DNA from: Flavobacteriales bacterium
GTDB taxonomy: Bacteria; Bacteroidota; Bacteroidia; Flavobacteriales; Flavobacteriaceae
DNA: 39,478 bases
Assembly: GCA_038242935.1 (NCBI GenBank)
Contig: JBBSRP010000001.1
Span: 1-39,478 of the forward strand
Reading direction: 5' to 3'
The notes under the pieces were generated by a model that saw nothing but the letters and a program-made list of their open reading frames with translations, was not told where the DNA came from and searched no databases. Every line of letters begins with the position of its first letter. Positions within the stretch are counted from its first letter, which is position 1. A program made the translations under genes and the position numbers. This document shows positions 9,619-19,413 of this stretch, in pieces.

Positions 9619-10425
9619 TTATTTTGATTTTTTGTTAAGTTTGTTTTTAAAAAATGAAGATATCTCCTCGTCATCGCTATTTTCAAAATCGTCGAGAGTA
9701 CCTTCTTTATACACTTCGCCATCTTTTAGCATTACAAGACGATCTGCAACCGTTCTCGCACATTCAATATCATGCGTTATGATTATAGAACTCGTTTTAT
9801 ATTTCTTTTGAATATCGTTAATTAATAAACTAATTTCATCAGAAGTAACGGGATCAAGACCTGTAGTAGGCTCATCATAAAGTAAAATTTCGGGATCTGA
9901 AATTATCGTTCTGGCAAGACTTATACGTTTTCGCATTCCGCCAGAAAGTTCAGATGGCATTTTATCTATTGCATCAGGAAGACCTACATTTTTTAAAACT
10001 TCCATTACCTTATCGTCGATTTCTTTTTTAGAAAGGTCTTTTCTAGTTCGCTTAAGCGGAAATTCTAAATTTTCTCGAACTGTCATCGAATCATAGAGAG
10101 CTCCACTTTGAAATAAGAATCCTATTTTTTTTCGAACTTCATTTAAGTTCGCTGAATTTAAATTTGTTACTTCTTGGTCTCCAACCTTGATACTACCGGA
10201 ATCAACTTTCAAGAGGCGAACAATACATTTTATAAGTACTGATTTTCCTGTTCCTGATTTTCCTAATACAACTAAATTCTCATTACTATGAAGCTCCAGT
10301 GACAATCCAGCAAGTACACGGTTTGATCCAAAACTTAAATGTAGATCGTCTATTGTTATAACTGGCTTAGAAGTATTTGTATTCGTTACTTCTGCAACTG
10401 TAGTGTTTGTGTCTTTTTCTTCCAT
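9619..10425 (-). CDS. mlaF: MlaF-type ABC transporter ATP-binding protein
   Basis: Walker A GKSGTGKS, FQSGALYDS, signature LSGGMRKR, Walker B LLYDEPTTGLDP, ITHD. Confidence 0.92.
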   Translation of the reverse strand: MEEKDTNTTVAEVTNTNTSKPVITIDDLHLSFGSNRVLAGLSLELHSNENLVVLGKSGTGKSVLIKCIVRLLKVDSGSIKVGDQEVTNLNSANLNEVRKKIGFLFQSGALYDSMTVRENLEFPLKRTRKDLSKKEIDDKVMEVLKNVGLPDAIDKMPSELSGGMRKRISLARTIISDPEILLYDEPTTGLDPVTSDEISLLINDIQKKYKTSSIIITHDIECARTVADRLVMLKDGEVYKEGTLDDFENSDDEEISSFFKNKLNKKSK

Positions 10426-11264
10426 TATTTAAGTAAGTCGGTTATTTGTACAGCAATTAAATCGACAATGATTACAAGTAAAGAAGCCATTACTACTGCA
10501 GAATTTGCAGCCTTTCCTACGCTTTCAGTTCCTCTTCCAGCATTATAACCTTTATAGCATCCTACCAAACCTATCACAAGTCCAAAAAAGAAAGTTTTGA
10601 TTACTGCGGGAAATAAGTCGGCAAATTTTACAGAAGAGAACGCTTGAGATATAAATAGGACAAAACTTACGTCGCCTTTGATGTTTGCTCCAGCCCAGCT
10701 TCCAATAATTCCTAAACCATCAGCATAAAGTGTAAGGATTGGAAGCATTAATGTTGCTGCTAAAACTCTAGGTACTATAAGATATTTGAAGGGATTAGTC
10801 GAACTTACTTCCATCGCATCAATCTGTTCTGTTACACGCATAGACCCTAACTCAGCACCCATACTCGAACCAATTTTCCCAGCACAAATAAGAGCCGTAA
10901 TTACTGGACCCATTTCGCGAATAATCGAGATTGCCACCATTCCTGGCAACATACTTTCGGCACCAAAATTCACCAAGACGGGTCTAGATTGAATAGTTAA
11001 TACTAATCCAATGATAACACCAGTTATTCCGATTAGCGCAAGAGATTTATTTCCAATTTGGAAACATTGTTTTAAAAATTCTTGAAATTCAAATCCGCGT
11101 GAGAAGGTATTTCTTATTACTTTCATTAGGAATATAAACACGTCGGCAACATTAATAAGAAATTCATTGATTTTAGACTTATTAGCAATAGTTTTCTCGC
11201 CAACCGCAATCGTCGTCTTTTTTGCGTATTCTTTAATATTCTTGCCAGGCACACTTTTTTCCAT
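10425..11264 (-). CDS. mlaE: MlaE-type ABC transporter permease
   Basis: REMGPVITALICAGKIGSSMGAELGSMRVTEQIDAME, PRVLA, GTESVGKA. Its stop overlaps the mlaF start. Confidence 0.93.
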   Translation of the reverse strand: MEKSVPGKNIKEYAKKTTIAVGEKTIANKSKINEFLINVADVFIFLMKVIRNTFSRGFEFQEFLKQCFQIGNKSLALIGITGVIIGLVLTIQSRPVLVNFGAESMLPGMVAISIIREMGPVITALICAGKIGSSMGAELGSMRVTEQIDAMEVSSTNPFKYLIVPRVLAATLMLPILTLYADGLGIIGSWAGANIKGDVSFVLFISQAFSSVKFADLFPAVIKTFFFGLVIGLVGCYKGYNAGRGTESVGKAANSAVVMASLLVIIVDLIAVQITDLLK

Positions 11265-11266
11265 TT

Positions 11267-12454
11267 TTATTCGTCGTTTTGTTTTTTGGCATCTCTTTCT
11301 GCACTTGATTCAGTATAAATAACTTTTGGTGCCAGTGGATCTGTTGTTTCAGATTCAGTATTATATCCTTCAAAAGATGAAAAATGCATCTTGTTCCACT
11401 TAAACTTTTTGGGCAGATCATCTCCCAGAAGATAACCCCAGGGTTCAAGCTCATCAATTCTATCAAAGATCACTTTGCAAATTGCAAGCAGTGGTATGGC
11501 CAAAAACATTCCTGCAAATCCGGCTAATGATCCGCCAATAATAATTCCTATGATACTTGCTAGTGCATTCATTTCTACTTTAGAACTTACAATAAGTGGC
11601 ACAAGAAGATTGTTATCAATAAATTGGACTACAATATTAACTGCAATCACTCCAAATATTATTGTTACATCAGGTGTACCGCTCAAGGTCGCAGCCATAC
11701 TTAGCAAAGCAGCCATAATAATACCAATGTACGGGATTAGATTTAACAAACCTGTTATAACTCCGAGCAGAATAGCATATTTGACTCCTATCAGACTATA
11801 CCCTATGGAGGTAAGGGTAGAAACAGTTACCATTTGAATGAATAATCCGACGATATAGCTTTGAATAGAAACTTTAATCTGGCTTAGAATCTCTCGGAGC
11901 TTGGGTTTGTAATCGTCTGCGTATAATTTGCAAAGAAATTTTATAAAATGATTTTTATATAAAATAATTAAAAAAGTAAGAATTGGAACCAAAACTACAT
12001 TAAATAGAGAATCTGTAAATGAAAGCAGAGTACTTCCAACAATTCTTGTCGATCCTTCTGTGGCTTCGTCTAGCATCTTTTTCTGCTCTTCCTTATTAAG
12101 ATTAAAATTCTGATAAACTAAATCCTGTAATCTATCTAAATGTAAGAATAGATTTTTCTTAATTAGATCCCAATCATTTATCATATCACTGATTTGCCAT
12201 GACAGAAAAAATATCAAACCTGCAAAAAATGCCAAAAACAAAAATATAGTTATTAGTACAGTAATCACATGAGGCAGTTTTGCTTTTCTGTTGAGAAACT
12301 TAGCAATTGGCTCAAGTAAAATCGCAAATAAAAGTGCTAGTAATACCGGAACAAGCACTCCTTGTGCCAAATAAATCGTGGTGAAAATAATTGCTAAACT
12401 TAGGAGGGTAAGAGAAAACTTTGCGTAAAATGGCAGTTTAGTTACTTCGTTCAT
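11267..12454 (-). CDS. AI-2E family transporter
   Basis: Multi-TM protein with LNLIPYIG, QFIDNNLLVPLIV and GMFLAIP motifs. Confidence 0.9.
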   Translation of the reverse strand: MNEVTKLPFYAKFSLTLLSLAIIFTTIYLAQGVLVPVLLALLFAILLEPIAKFLNRKAKLPHVITVLITIFLFLAFFAGLIFFLSWQISDMINDWDLIKKNLFLHLDRLQDLVYQNFNLNKEEQKKMLDEATEGSTRIVGSTLLSFTDSLFNVVLVPILTFLIILYKNHFIKFLCKLYADDYKPKLREILSQIKVSIQSYIVGLFIQMVTVSTLTSIGYSLIGVKYAILLGVITGLLNLIPYIGIIMAALLSMAATLSGTPDVTIIFGVIAVNIVVQFIDNNLLVPLIVSSKVEMNALASIIGIIIGGSLAGFAGMFLAIPLLAICKVIFDRIDELEPWGYLLGDDLPKKFKWNKMHFSSFEGYNTESETTDPLAPKVIYTESSAERDAKKQNDE

Positions 12455-12575
12455 ACTTTAGGGATATTAGTAATGGAAAAGAAATTCATTTTTCTCATTA
12501 TAAGCACAAAATACGGTGAAAGAACGATGAAGATTATTATAGTATATGTAAGTAATCTTATATTATTTAATATAC

Positions 12576-13106
12576 CTAATCTGTAAATTCTCTTTCAATA
12601 GGAGGTACTGGTAAAATAGAAACTCCTTTTTGTAGAAGCAAATTATTGGGATAAGTTGTTATTATACCTGTTGTGCTACGGATTAAGGTATGAAAAGCAC
12701 GAATATCTAGAATTTCACCTTCGACAGAATGGTCAGTATCCTCAACTTTGATATAATCTCCTATTTTAAATGGAAAAGAGAAAAATACAATCATTCCAGC
12801 GGTAATATTGCTAAGTATAGACCATTGGGCAAAGAACGCAATTCCAATCACAGTTACAACTGCCGATAGTGCAGCTATAACGTTTTGAGCTTTTACGCCC
12901 CAAACTACAAACAGTGCAATTACTGTAAGAATAGTAATCAAAATACCCAAATATTTTATCACCAAGTTTGCCCTTCTGTCAAGAATATGTGTGATTGCTG
13001 CAGTTTTTTTTACAACTTTTATCAAGCTCCATCTTACAACCACTGCAGTAAAAAGTATTACTGTAGTAGCAATAACCTCTTCCTGATATAATTCTAATAA
13101 ACGCAT
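12576..13106 (-). CDS. Small-conductance mechanosensitive channel family protein (short form)
   Basis: Three TM helices, LSNITAG, PFKIGDYI and YPNN motifs. Confidence 0.85.
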   Translation of the reverse strand: MRLLELYQEEVIATTVILFTAVVVRWSLIKVVKKTAAITHILDRRANLVIKYLGILITILTVIALFVVWGVKAQNVIAALSAVVTVIGIAFFAQWSILSNITAGMIVFFSFPFKIGDYIKVEDTDHSVEGEILDIRAFHTLIRSTTGIITTYPNNLLLQKGVSILPVPPIEREFTD

Positions 13107-13110
13107 AAAT

Positions 13111-13692
13111 CTAAATATTTTTTAAATAATTATAAACTTTATCAACCGGCATTCCCATCACATTCGCATAAGAGCCTTCAATTTTTTGTACCGCGATAAG
13201 TCCAATCCAGTCTTGAATACCGTAAGCTCCGGCTTTATCATAAGGTTCGAAGTTGGTAATATAATAATCAATTTCTTTATCCGTCAATTCATTAAAATAA
13301 ACCTTTGTTGTTTCAGAAACAATAGTCGAATCTGAATTCGTCATAAAACATACTGAAGTAATTACATCGTGCACATCTCCAGACATAGCGCGCAACATTG
13401 CAAATGCATGATCGTAATCCGCAGGTTTCCCAAGTGCTTTGTTGTTCAACCAAACGATTGTATCACTAGTGATCAGTAAATCATTATATTTCAATTCGTC
13501 TTTGAAGGCACTTGCTTTTAGCTCTGCTAGAAAATTTGGGATTTCGGCGGCTGTCAAATGATCAGGATAGATTTCCTCTATTTCTTTGAGTCTAATTTCA
13601 AATTTTAGATTTAAATCCAAAAAAAACTGTTGTCGCCGAGGTGAACCAGAAGCTAGAATTATATTTATGTCGGCTAGATTACTATAAAACAC
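13111..13692 (-). CDS. maf: Maf family nucleoside triphosphate pyrophosphatase (YhdE-type)
   Basis: ILASGSPRR, DTIV, LGKP, DKAGAYGIQ, GSYANVMGMP. Confidence 0.93.
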   Translation of the reverse strand: MFYSNLADINIILASGSPRRQQFFLDLNLKFEIRLKEIEEIYPDHLTAAEIPNFLAELKASAFKDELKYNDLLITSDTIVWLNNKALGKPADYDHAFAMLRAMSGDVHDVITSVCFMTNSDSTIVSETTKVYFNELTDKEIDYYITNFEPYDKAGAYGIQDWIGLIAVQKIEGSYANVMGMPVDKVYNYLKNI

Positions 13693-14614
13693 TGTACTTG
13701 ATATTTAGAGAAATTACTACGATAGAAAGTATTCCAAAAAGAATTACAAATTTAAGAACATTTGAAAGATGTTGAAAATCGTCGCTTGTTTTTGCAGACC
13801 ACATTTTTATTGTAAAATATATCAAAGGCCCAACAACTAGAACAAGTCCGTAGATTGTTGCATACCATAAATCGCTTGACACGAAGTACGTATTTATATA
13901 AACCAAGAGCGTAATCAGCGGAATAAAGCTAAGAAAAAACACGACTCTTGCCGTCCTAGAAACGCCCAGAACAATCGGAAGTGTGTGCATATTGTCGTTA
14001 TAATCTCCTTTTACATCTGCCAAATCTTTTACAATTTCTCGAATAAAATTTAAAACAAAACAGAAAATAGCATAATCCATTAGTATTTTAAATAGCACTG
14101 CCAAAATCGCTTGATTGTCCAGAGTAATGATAGGATATAAATCATAAACTCCAATGATTATGACACTTACCGATAGCAAAAGCGCTACAATAATATTTCC
14201 AATTAAGATAGTTTGTTTGAAATTGCTTGCATACATATATAAGGTAGCGGCAATCACGATAAATATAGCGGAAAATCCTGGTTTGCCTATCGCATTTGAT
14301 AAGTAAAATCCGCAACCTACACCGATGATATTCAAAACTACATAGTAGTTATAAGCAGTAGCTTCGGATATGCTTTCGCCGATAACAACTTGTTTTGGTT
14401 TATTGATAAGATCAGTATTGATATCAAATATATTATTTACCAGATAACCACCTGCAGCTATACTCACAGTTGCCAAAACTAGCAACGAATACTGCCAATC
14501 CGTTAGCGCAAGAGGTAATTCCTGGATTTTCAGAAATCCATATCTAAAGATTAGTTGCATCAAAGCAAGCATTATCAAATTCTGATATCTGATGACTTTT
14601 AAAAAATCGAGCAT
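13682..14614 (-). CDS. UbiA-family prenyltransferase (DGGGP synthase-like)
   Basis: Multi-TM protein with Asp-rich motifs NNIFDINTD..NKP and REIVKDLADVKGD..TLP. Confidence 0.85.
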   Translation of the reverse strand: MLDFLKVIRYQNLIMLALMQLIFRYGFLKIQELPLALTDWQYSLLVLATVSIAAGGYLVNNIFDINTDLINKPKQVVIGESISEATAYNYYVVLNIIGVGCGFYLSNAIGKPGFSAIFIVIAATLYMYASNFKQTILIGNIIVALLLSVSVIIIGVYDLYPIITLDNQAILAVLFKILMDYAIFCFVLNFIREIVKDLADVKGDYNDNMHTLPIVLGVSRTARVVFFLSFIPLITLLVYINTYFVSSDLWYATIYGLVLVVGPLIYFTIKMWSAKTSDDFQHLSNVLKFVILFGILSIVVISLNIKYSVL

Positions 14615-14645
14615 AATAAGGTGTTATATGATTGACAAATGTAGC

Positions 14646-15176
14646 TTAATCGTATTGTGCATCAAAGTACTTGAGCCACTTTCCCTGAGTTTTCATGACT
14701 TGCTCAATTACATCTCTCACAGCTCCTTTTCCTCCATTTTTATGTGATACGTATTTCGAAATATTTTTTATCTCTGCTACAGAGTCTTGAGGGCAAGTGG
14801 GAAGTCCTACCAATTGCATCACATGATAATCTGGAATATCATCGCCCATATAGAGAACCTGAGATGCTCTGATATTGTAAACATCAATGTATTCTTTAAA
14901 AGTTTCAACTTTGTCAGATGCGCCCAAATGTATATCTGTAATTCCAAGATTGCGCAGTCGTACTCGTACACCTTCATTGCTTCCGCCCGAAATAATACAC
15001 ACAATAAAACCACTTTCTATTGCTGCTTTCATGGCATAACCATCGCGAATATTCATAGTTCTTAGCATTTCGCCAGTAGTTGTAATATGCACCGCACTAT
15101 CTGTAAGCACACCGTCCACATCAAATATAAATGTGGTAATGTCATTCATTATTTCTTTGTAATTTTTATTGTTCAT
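14646..15176 (-). CDS. kdsC: 3-deoxy-D-manno-octulosonate 8-phosphate phosphatase (HAD)
   Basis: FDVDGVLTD, RDGY, YMGDDIPD, GGKGAVRDVIE. Confidence 0.9.
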   Translation of the reverse strand: MNNKNYKEIMNDITTFIFDVDGVLTDSAVHITTTGEMLRTMNIRDGYAMKAAIESGFIVCIISGGSNEGVRVRLRNLGITDIHLGASDKVETFKEYIDVYNIRASQVLYMGDDIPDYHVMQLVGLPTCPQDSVAEIKNISKYVSHKNGGKGAVRDVIEQVMKTQGKWLKYFDAQYD

Positions 15177-15918
15177 TTTGAATTGATTGTGTTAGTAAAC
15201 TGTAAATGTCTTTATAATCTGAATTTTTGAGAAACTTTAAATGAGCGTCAATTGTATTCTGGTCTCCTCGCACCGCAGGCCCTGTCTGAGCATTGTGCGG
15301 ATTTAAGTGCATGATTTTCTCGGCAGTTTCTTTTATCAAAGGTTTTAAAATATCAAATGGAATATCGTTATCATTACAAATCTCTTCCCCAATAGAATAG
15401 AGATGATTGCTAAAATTACTTACAAAAACTGCAGCAACATGAAGTGATTTACGCTGTTGCGAATCTATAAAGTTGACATTATTGGATACCGAAGTCCCTA
15501 TTGAATTAATAATCTGACGATCTTTCTCATTTTCAGCCTCAAGGCAAAGAGGAACTTCTTTGAAATCAACATTCTTTGTTTTAGAAAAAGTCTGCAAAGG
15601 ATAGAAAACTGCTCGTCTATTTTTGGGGGATAAGGCATCAAGAGGCATCGTGCCCGAAGTATGTGCCACAAGTCTATCAGTAAATGGCAAGAGCTCACTA
15701 ACTTCAGCAATCGCTGCGTCACTTACTGCAATTATATATAAATCTGCATCTAATAAATCATGATAATCTGTAATTACTTTGGCCGATTCTACAATATTTT
15801 TTAGGCTTTGTACTTGTCTTACAAGTACTTGTTGTAAAGTTGCGTTTTTACTAGTTGAGAATGCACGGATTAAATGCTGTGCTACGTTGCCGGATCCAAT
15901 TATGGTCACTTTCATCAT
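15166..15918 (-). CDS. Rossmann-like and DUF2520 domain protein (PanG-like oxidoreductase)
   Basis: IGSGNVA, IAVSD, HTSG, YPLQTFS, LHVAAVFVSNF, AQTGPAVRGD. Confidence 0.85.
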   Translation of the reverse strand: MMKVTIIGSGNVAQHLIRAFSTSKNATLQQVLVRQVQSLKNIVESAKVITDYHDLLDADLYIIAVSDAAIAEVSELLPFTDRLVAHTSGTMPLDALSPKNRRAVFYPLQTFSKTKNVDFKEVPLCLEAENEKDRQIINSIGTSVSNNVNFIDSQQRKSLHVAAVFVSNFSNHLYSIGEEICNDNDIPFDILKPLIKETAEKIMHLNPHNAQTGPAVRGDQNTIDAHLKFLKNSDYKDIYSLLTQSIQNEQ

Positions 15919-16032
15919 TTGGCTAAATTATCAAAAAAATCTAATACGACCATAATTTCAGCAGTAGACAATAAGTAATAATTTAACCATAAAATGAGTG
16001 CTGAACGGTTCTTTATAGTGGACAATTTTACC

Positions 16033-16040
16033 TACTTTTG
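16033..16040 (+). promoter_or_regulatory. -7 promoter box (TACTTTTG) upstream of ccsBA
   Basis: Exact TAnnTTTG 28 nt before the ATG. Confidence 0.6.
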
Positions 16041-16068
16041 CAGCACTTTACATTAAATTTCCAACCTC

Positions 16069-19000
16069 ATGGTTAATAAAATAGGTTCTTTTTTATTTTC
16101 TACTCGTTTAATGGCCGTTTTGTTCCTCTCATTTGCCTTAGCTATGGCCGCTGGTACCTTCATAGAAAACGAATATAATACAGATACTGCGCGAATTATT
16201 ATTTACAACGCGTGGTGGTTTGAAGCAATTATGGTTTTCTTCGCCATAAACTTTCTTGGAAATATCCAGAAATACAAACTTTGGCAATGGAAAAAATGGG
16301 CGACTTTAACGCTTCACCTGTCATTTCTTCTTATTCTTCTTGGAGCTTTTATCACTCGTTACATCAGTTATGAAGGAATGATGCCGATAAGAGAAGGAGC
16401 AACCGAAAAACAATTTTATTCAGATAAAACATATCTTACCATTTTTGTAGATGGTGATTATCAAGGTGAAATGAAGCGATTGACGTTCGAAAAACCAATC
16501 CTTTTCTCGCCCGTTACCAATAATAATTTTACTATTAACGAAAATTTTGCTGGAAAGCCTTTTAAAATCAAGTACAAAGATTTTATCATGGGCGCCACAG
16601 AAACAATTACCGAAGATAAAAACGGTAGTTTATACTTGAAATTGGTAGAGTCAAGTGACGGTTCTCGTCATGAGCATTATCTTAAAGAAGGAGAAGTTCA
16701 GAATATTCACAACGTGCTTTTTGCTTTGAATTTTCCAACAAAAGGAGCAATAAACATTACTATGAATGAAGATGGAAAGACGATTCAGTCTCCATTTGAA
16801 GGCGAGTTTATGACAATGGCAACTCAAGCGCAGACAGCTGTGGCCAAAGATATCGATCAACAACTAGCAATGAGATCTCTTTACAATCTTGGTGGCGCTA
16901 GATTTGTATTTCCTGACGAACCAGTAAAGGGAAGAAAAACTTTCAAATCTGATAATGATTTTAAAAGCACCGCAAATAGCGATGCTCTTATTGTAACGCT
17001 AGAAGCAAATGGAAAATCGGAAGAATTAACTCTTGTTGGAGCCAAAGGAAGTATTGGCGAGCCACATTCTGTTACAATCGACGGTCTAGATTACACTGTA
17101 TTTTTCGGAAGTAAAGCTTACGAACTTCCTTTTGCAATAAAATTAAACGACTTTATCGCTGCCAAATATCCTGGAACAGAAAAGAGTTATTCTTCATTTG
17201 AAAGTCAAGTTTCAGTTATTGATAAGGACGAAACTTTTGATGCTAGAATTTTTATGAATAATGTTTTGGACTACGGAGGCTACAGATTTTTCCAAGCTTC
17301 TTTTCATCCTGACGAAAAAGGAACAGTACTTTCTGTAAACCACGATTTCTGGGGAAGCGGAATTACATATTTAGGTTATACTTTATTATATATAGGAATG
17401 ATGGCGATAATGTTCTCAAAAAACACAAGATTTGACGATCTAAAACGCAAATTAGAAAATGTAAAAGCTAAAAAAGCCAAACTAATGACAATGCTTCTGT
17501 TATTTTTAAGTGTTGGAATGTTTGCACAAAATAATCCACCCCAAGAATCGCACGAAGGGCACGATCACGCAACGCACGCCGGGCACGATCACGAGCAAGA
17601 ACAAACAGGTGCAGCCACAACCGCAGCTCCTACAAGAATGCCAACCTTACAAGAGGTTCAAAAATTCATCAATGAAAATGCTGTAAGTGAAGAACATGCT
17701 GCAAAATTTGGCCGACTGATCGTTCAAGATCAAGGTGGTCGAATGAAGCCTGTAAATACTTTTTCTTCTGAACTTCTTCGCAAAGTAAGCAAAAGCGATA
17801 AATACGAAAAGCTGAATGCTGATCAAGTTTTCTTATCAATGGTTCAGTTTCCTAACGCTTGGTTTGAAGTTCCTTTAATTTACATAAAACCAGGAAATGA
17901 CAGTATTCGTCATATCATCGGAATTAATAAAGACGAAAAATATGCTCCGTTTATCAAGTTTTTTGATCAAACTGGAAATTATAAACTGTCAAAATATCTA
18001 GATGCAGCTTATCAAGCAGCAGTTCCAGATCAATTTCAAAAGGATTTTATAGAAACAGATCGCAAGGTTATTTTATTAAATCAAGCATTGAGTGGAGCAA
18101 TTCTAAGAATATTTCCAATTCCAAACGATCCCAACAATAAATGGGTTTCCTATATGGAGCTGAACGAAGTTGGACTTAAAGGAGCAGATTCTTTGTTTAC
18201 GCAAAAAATATTACCGCTTTATATTTTATCGGCAAAGAATGCTGCGGCATCAAAAGATTATAAAGAAGCTGACTTTTTCCTTGACGGAATTAAAAAATTT
18301 CAGACAAAGTATGGTAACGATGTCCTGCCTCACGAAGACAAGATTACATCAGAAATATTGTATAATAAATATGACATCTTCAAAAATCTATACTTTTTGT
18401 ATATGATGGCTGGAGTTTTAATGCTGCTATTAGTAGTTGTAAACATCTTTTTTGAAAAGAAAGCAATACGCATTGTCATCAATGCATTTCATATATTTAT
18501 TGGCGTTTTATTCTTCCTTCACACTTTAGGGCTTGCGGCAAGATGGTATATTTCGGGTCACGCACCTTGGAGTGACGCTTACGAATCTATGATTTATGTA
18601 GCCTGGGCAACAATGTTTTTCTCACTCGCTTTTGACAGAAAATCAAAATTAACTGTCGCTTCAGGAACATTTGTAGCTTCAATGATTTTGATGATTGCGC
18701 ACTGGAGTTGGATGGATCCTGCAATTGCAAACCTTCAACCTGTTCTAGATTCATATTGGTTAATGATTCACGTTGCAGTAATTGTAGGTAGCTACGGGCC
18801 GTTTACACTTGCCATGATTTTGGGATTAGTTTCGTTATTCTTGATGGTATTTACTACAAAAAAGAATAAAGAAAAGATGGATCTTAATATAAAAGAGATC
18901 ACATACATCAATGAAATGGCACTTACAATTGGACTTATTATGCTAACTATTGGTAACTTCCTTGGAGGACAGTGGGCCAATGAAAGCTGGGGTCGTTACT

Positions 19001-19299
19001 GGGGCTGGGATCCAAAAGAAACTTGGGCACTTATTAGTATTATGATTTATGCGTTTGTAATTCACGCTCGTTTTGTGCCTGCATTACGAGGAAAATGGAT
19101 TTACAATCTGATGAGCGTTTTGGCTTTCTACTCAATTATGATGACTTATTTTGGAGTGAATTTCTACTTATCAGGTCTGCATTCTTATGCTAGCGGTGAC
19201 AAAGTTGTAACTCCCTCATTTATATATTATTCTGTTGCGGCAATCGCGATTTTGGCGACCGTCTCTTATTGGAGAACTAATAAATTCAAGAAGAAGTAA
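16069..19299 (+). CDS. ccsA: Fused system II cytochrome c synthase CcsBA
   Basis: ResB/CcsB N-terminus (GTFIE, YNAWWF, LHLSF, MNNVLDYGGYRFFQAS) and CcsA C-terminus (GHAPWS, YWLMIHV, WWD motif WANESWGRYWGWDPKETW, GVNFYLSGLHSYA). Confidence 0.95.
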   Translation: MVNKIGSFLFSTRLMAVLFLSFALAMAAGTFIENEYNTDTARIIIYNAWWFEAIMVFFAINFLGNIQKYKLWQWKKWATLTLHLSFLLILLGAFITRYISYEGMMPIREGATEKQFYSDKTYLTIFVDGDYQGEMKRLTFEKPILFSPVTNNNFTINENFAGKPFKIKYKDFIMGATETITEDKNGSLYLKLVESSDGSRHEHYLKEGEVQNIHNVLFALNFPTKGAINITMNEDGKTIQSPFEGEFMTMATQAQTAVAKDIDQQLAMRSLYNLGGARFVFPDEPVKGRKTFKSDNDFKSTANSDALIVTLEANGKSEELTLVGAKGSIGEPHSVTIDGLDYTVFFGSKAYELPFAIKLNDFIAAKYPGTEKSYSSFESQVSVIDKDETFDARIFMNNVLDYGGYRFFQASFHPDEKGTVLSVNHDFWGSGITYLGYTLLYIGMMAIMFSKNTRFDDLKRKLENVKAKKAKLMTMLLLFLSVGMFAQNNPPQESHEGHDHATHAGHDHEQEQTGAATTAAPTRMPTLQEVQKFINENAVSEEHAAKFGRLIVQDQGGRMKPVNTFSSELLRKVSKSDKYEKLNADQVFLSMVQFPNAWFEVPLIYIKPGNDSIRHIIGINKDEKYAPFIKFFDQTGNYKLSKYLDAAYQAAVPDQFQKDFIETDRKVILLNQALSGAILRIFPIPNDPNNKWVSYMELNEVGLKGADSLFTQKILPLYILSAKNAAASKDYKEADFFLDGIKKFQTKYGNDVLPHEDKITSEILYNKYDIFKNLYFLYMMAGVLMLLLVVVNIFFEKKAIRIVINAFHIFIGVLFFLHTLGLAARWYISGHAPWSDAYESMIYVAWATMFFSLAFDRKSKLTVASGTFVASMILMIAHWSWMDPAIANLQPVLDSYWLMIHVAVIVGSYGPFTLAMILGLVSLFLMVFTTKKNKEKMDLNIKEITYINEMALTIGLIMLTIGNFLGGQWANESWGRYWGWDPKETWALISIMIYAFVIHARFVPALRGKWIYNLMSVLAFYSIMMTYFGVNFYLSGLHSYASGDKVVTPSFIYYSVAAIAILATVSYWRTNKFKKK

Positions 19300-19323
19300 T
19301 AAAATTTATTTTTTCTAAAAGAT

Positions 19324-19372
19324 AAACTTTCAAACAAAACTGATTTTTAGTTTCATTTGAGAGTTTTTTTTT
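19324..19372 (+). terminator. Intrinsic terminator of ccsBA (copy 1 of a duplicated hairpin)
   Basis: AAACTTTCAAA...TTTGAGAGTTT stem followed by a T9 run, 24 nt after the stop. Confidence 0.7.
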
Positions 19373-19413
19373 GTCTTGAAAATTTCCTTTAAAAGGTGTT
19401 TAAGTAGAATTAT

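Noticed and set aside
9618-9722. N-terminal extensions in the ORF track (mlaD from 9722; also smpB 4390, barrel 6330, cvfB 27202, membrane protein 36631)
   Set aside because: They overlap upstream genes or promoter boxes, and downstream ATGs give family-typical N-termini.
4391-12575. Integrative element or genomic island next to smpB
   Set aside because: I saw no integrase, ssrA/tRNA fragment, att-like direct repeats or obvious composition shift. Accessory status is only an inference.
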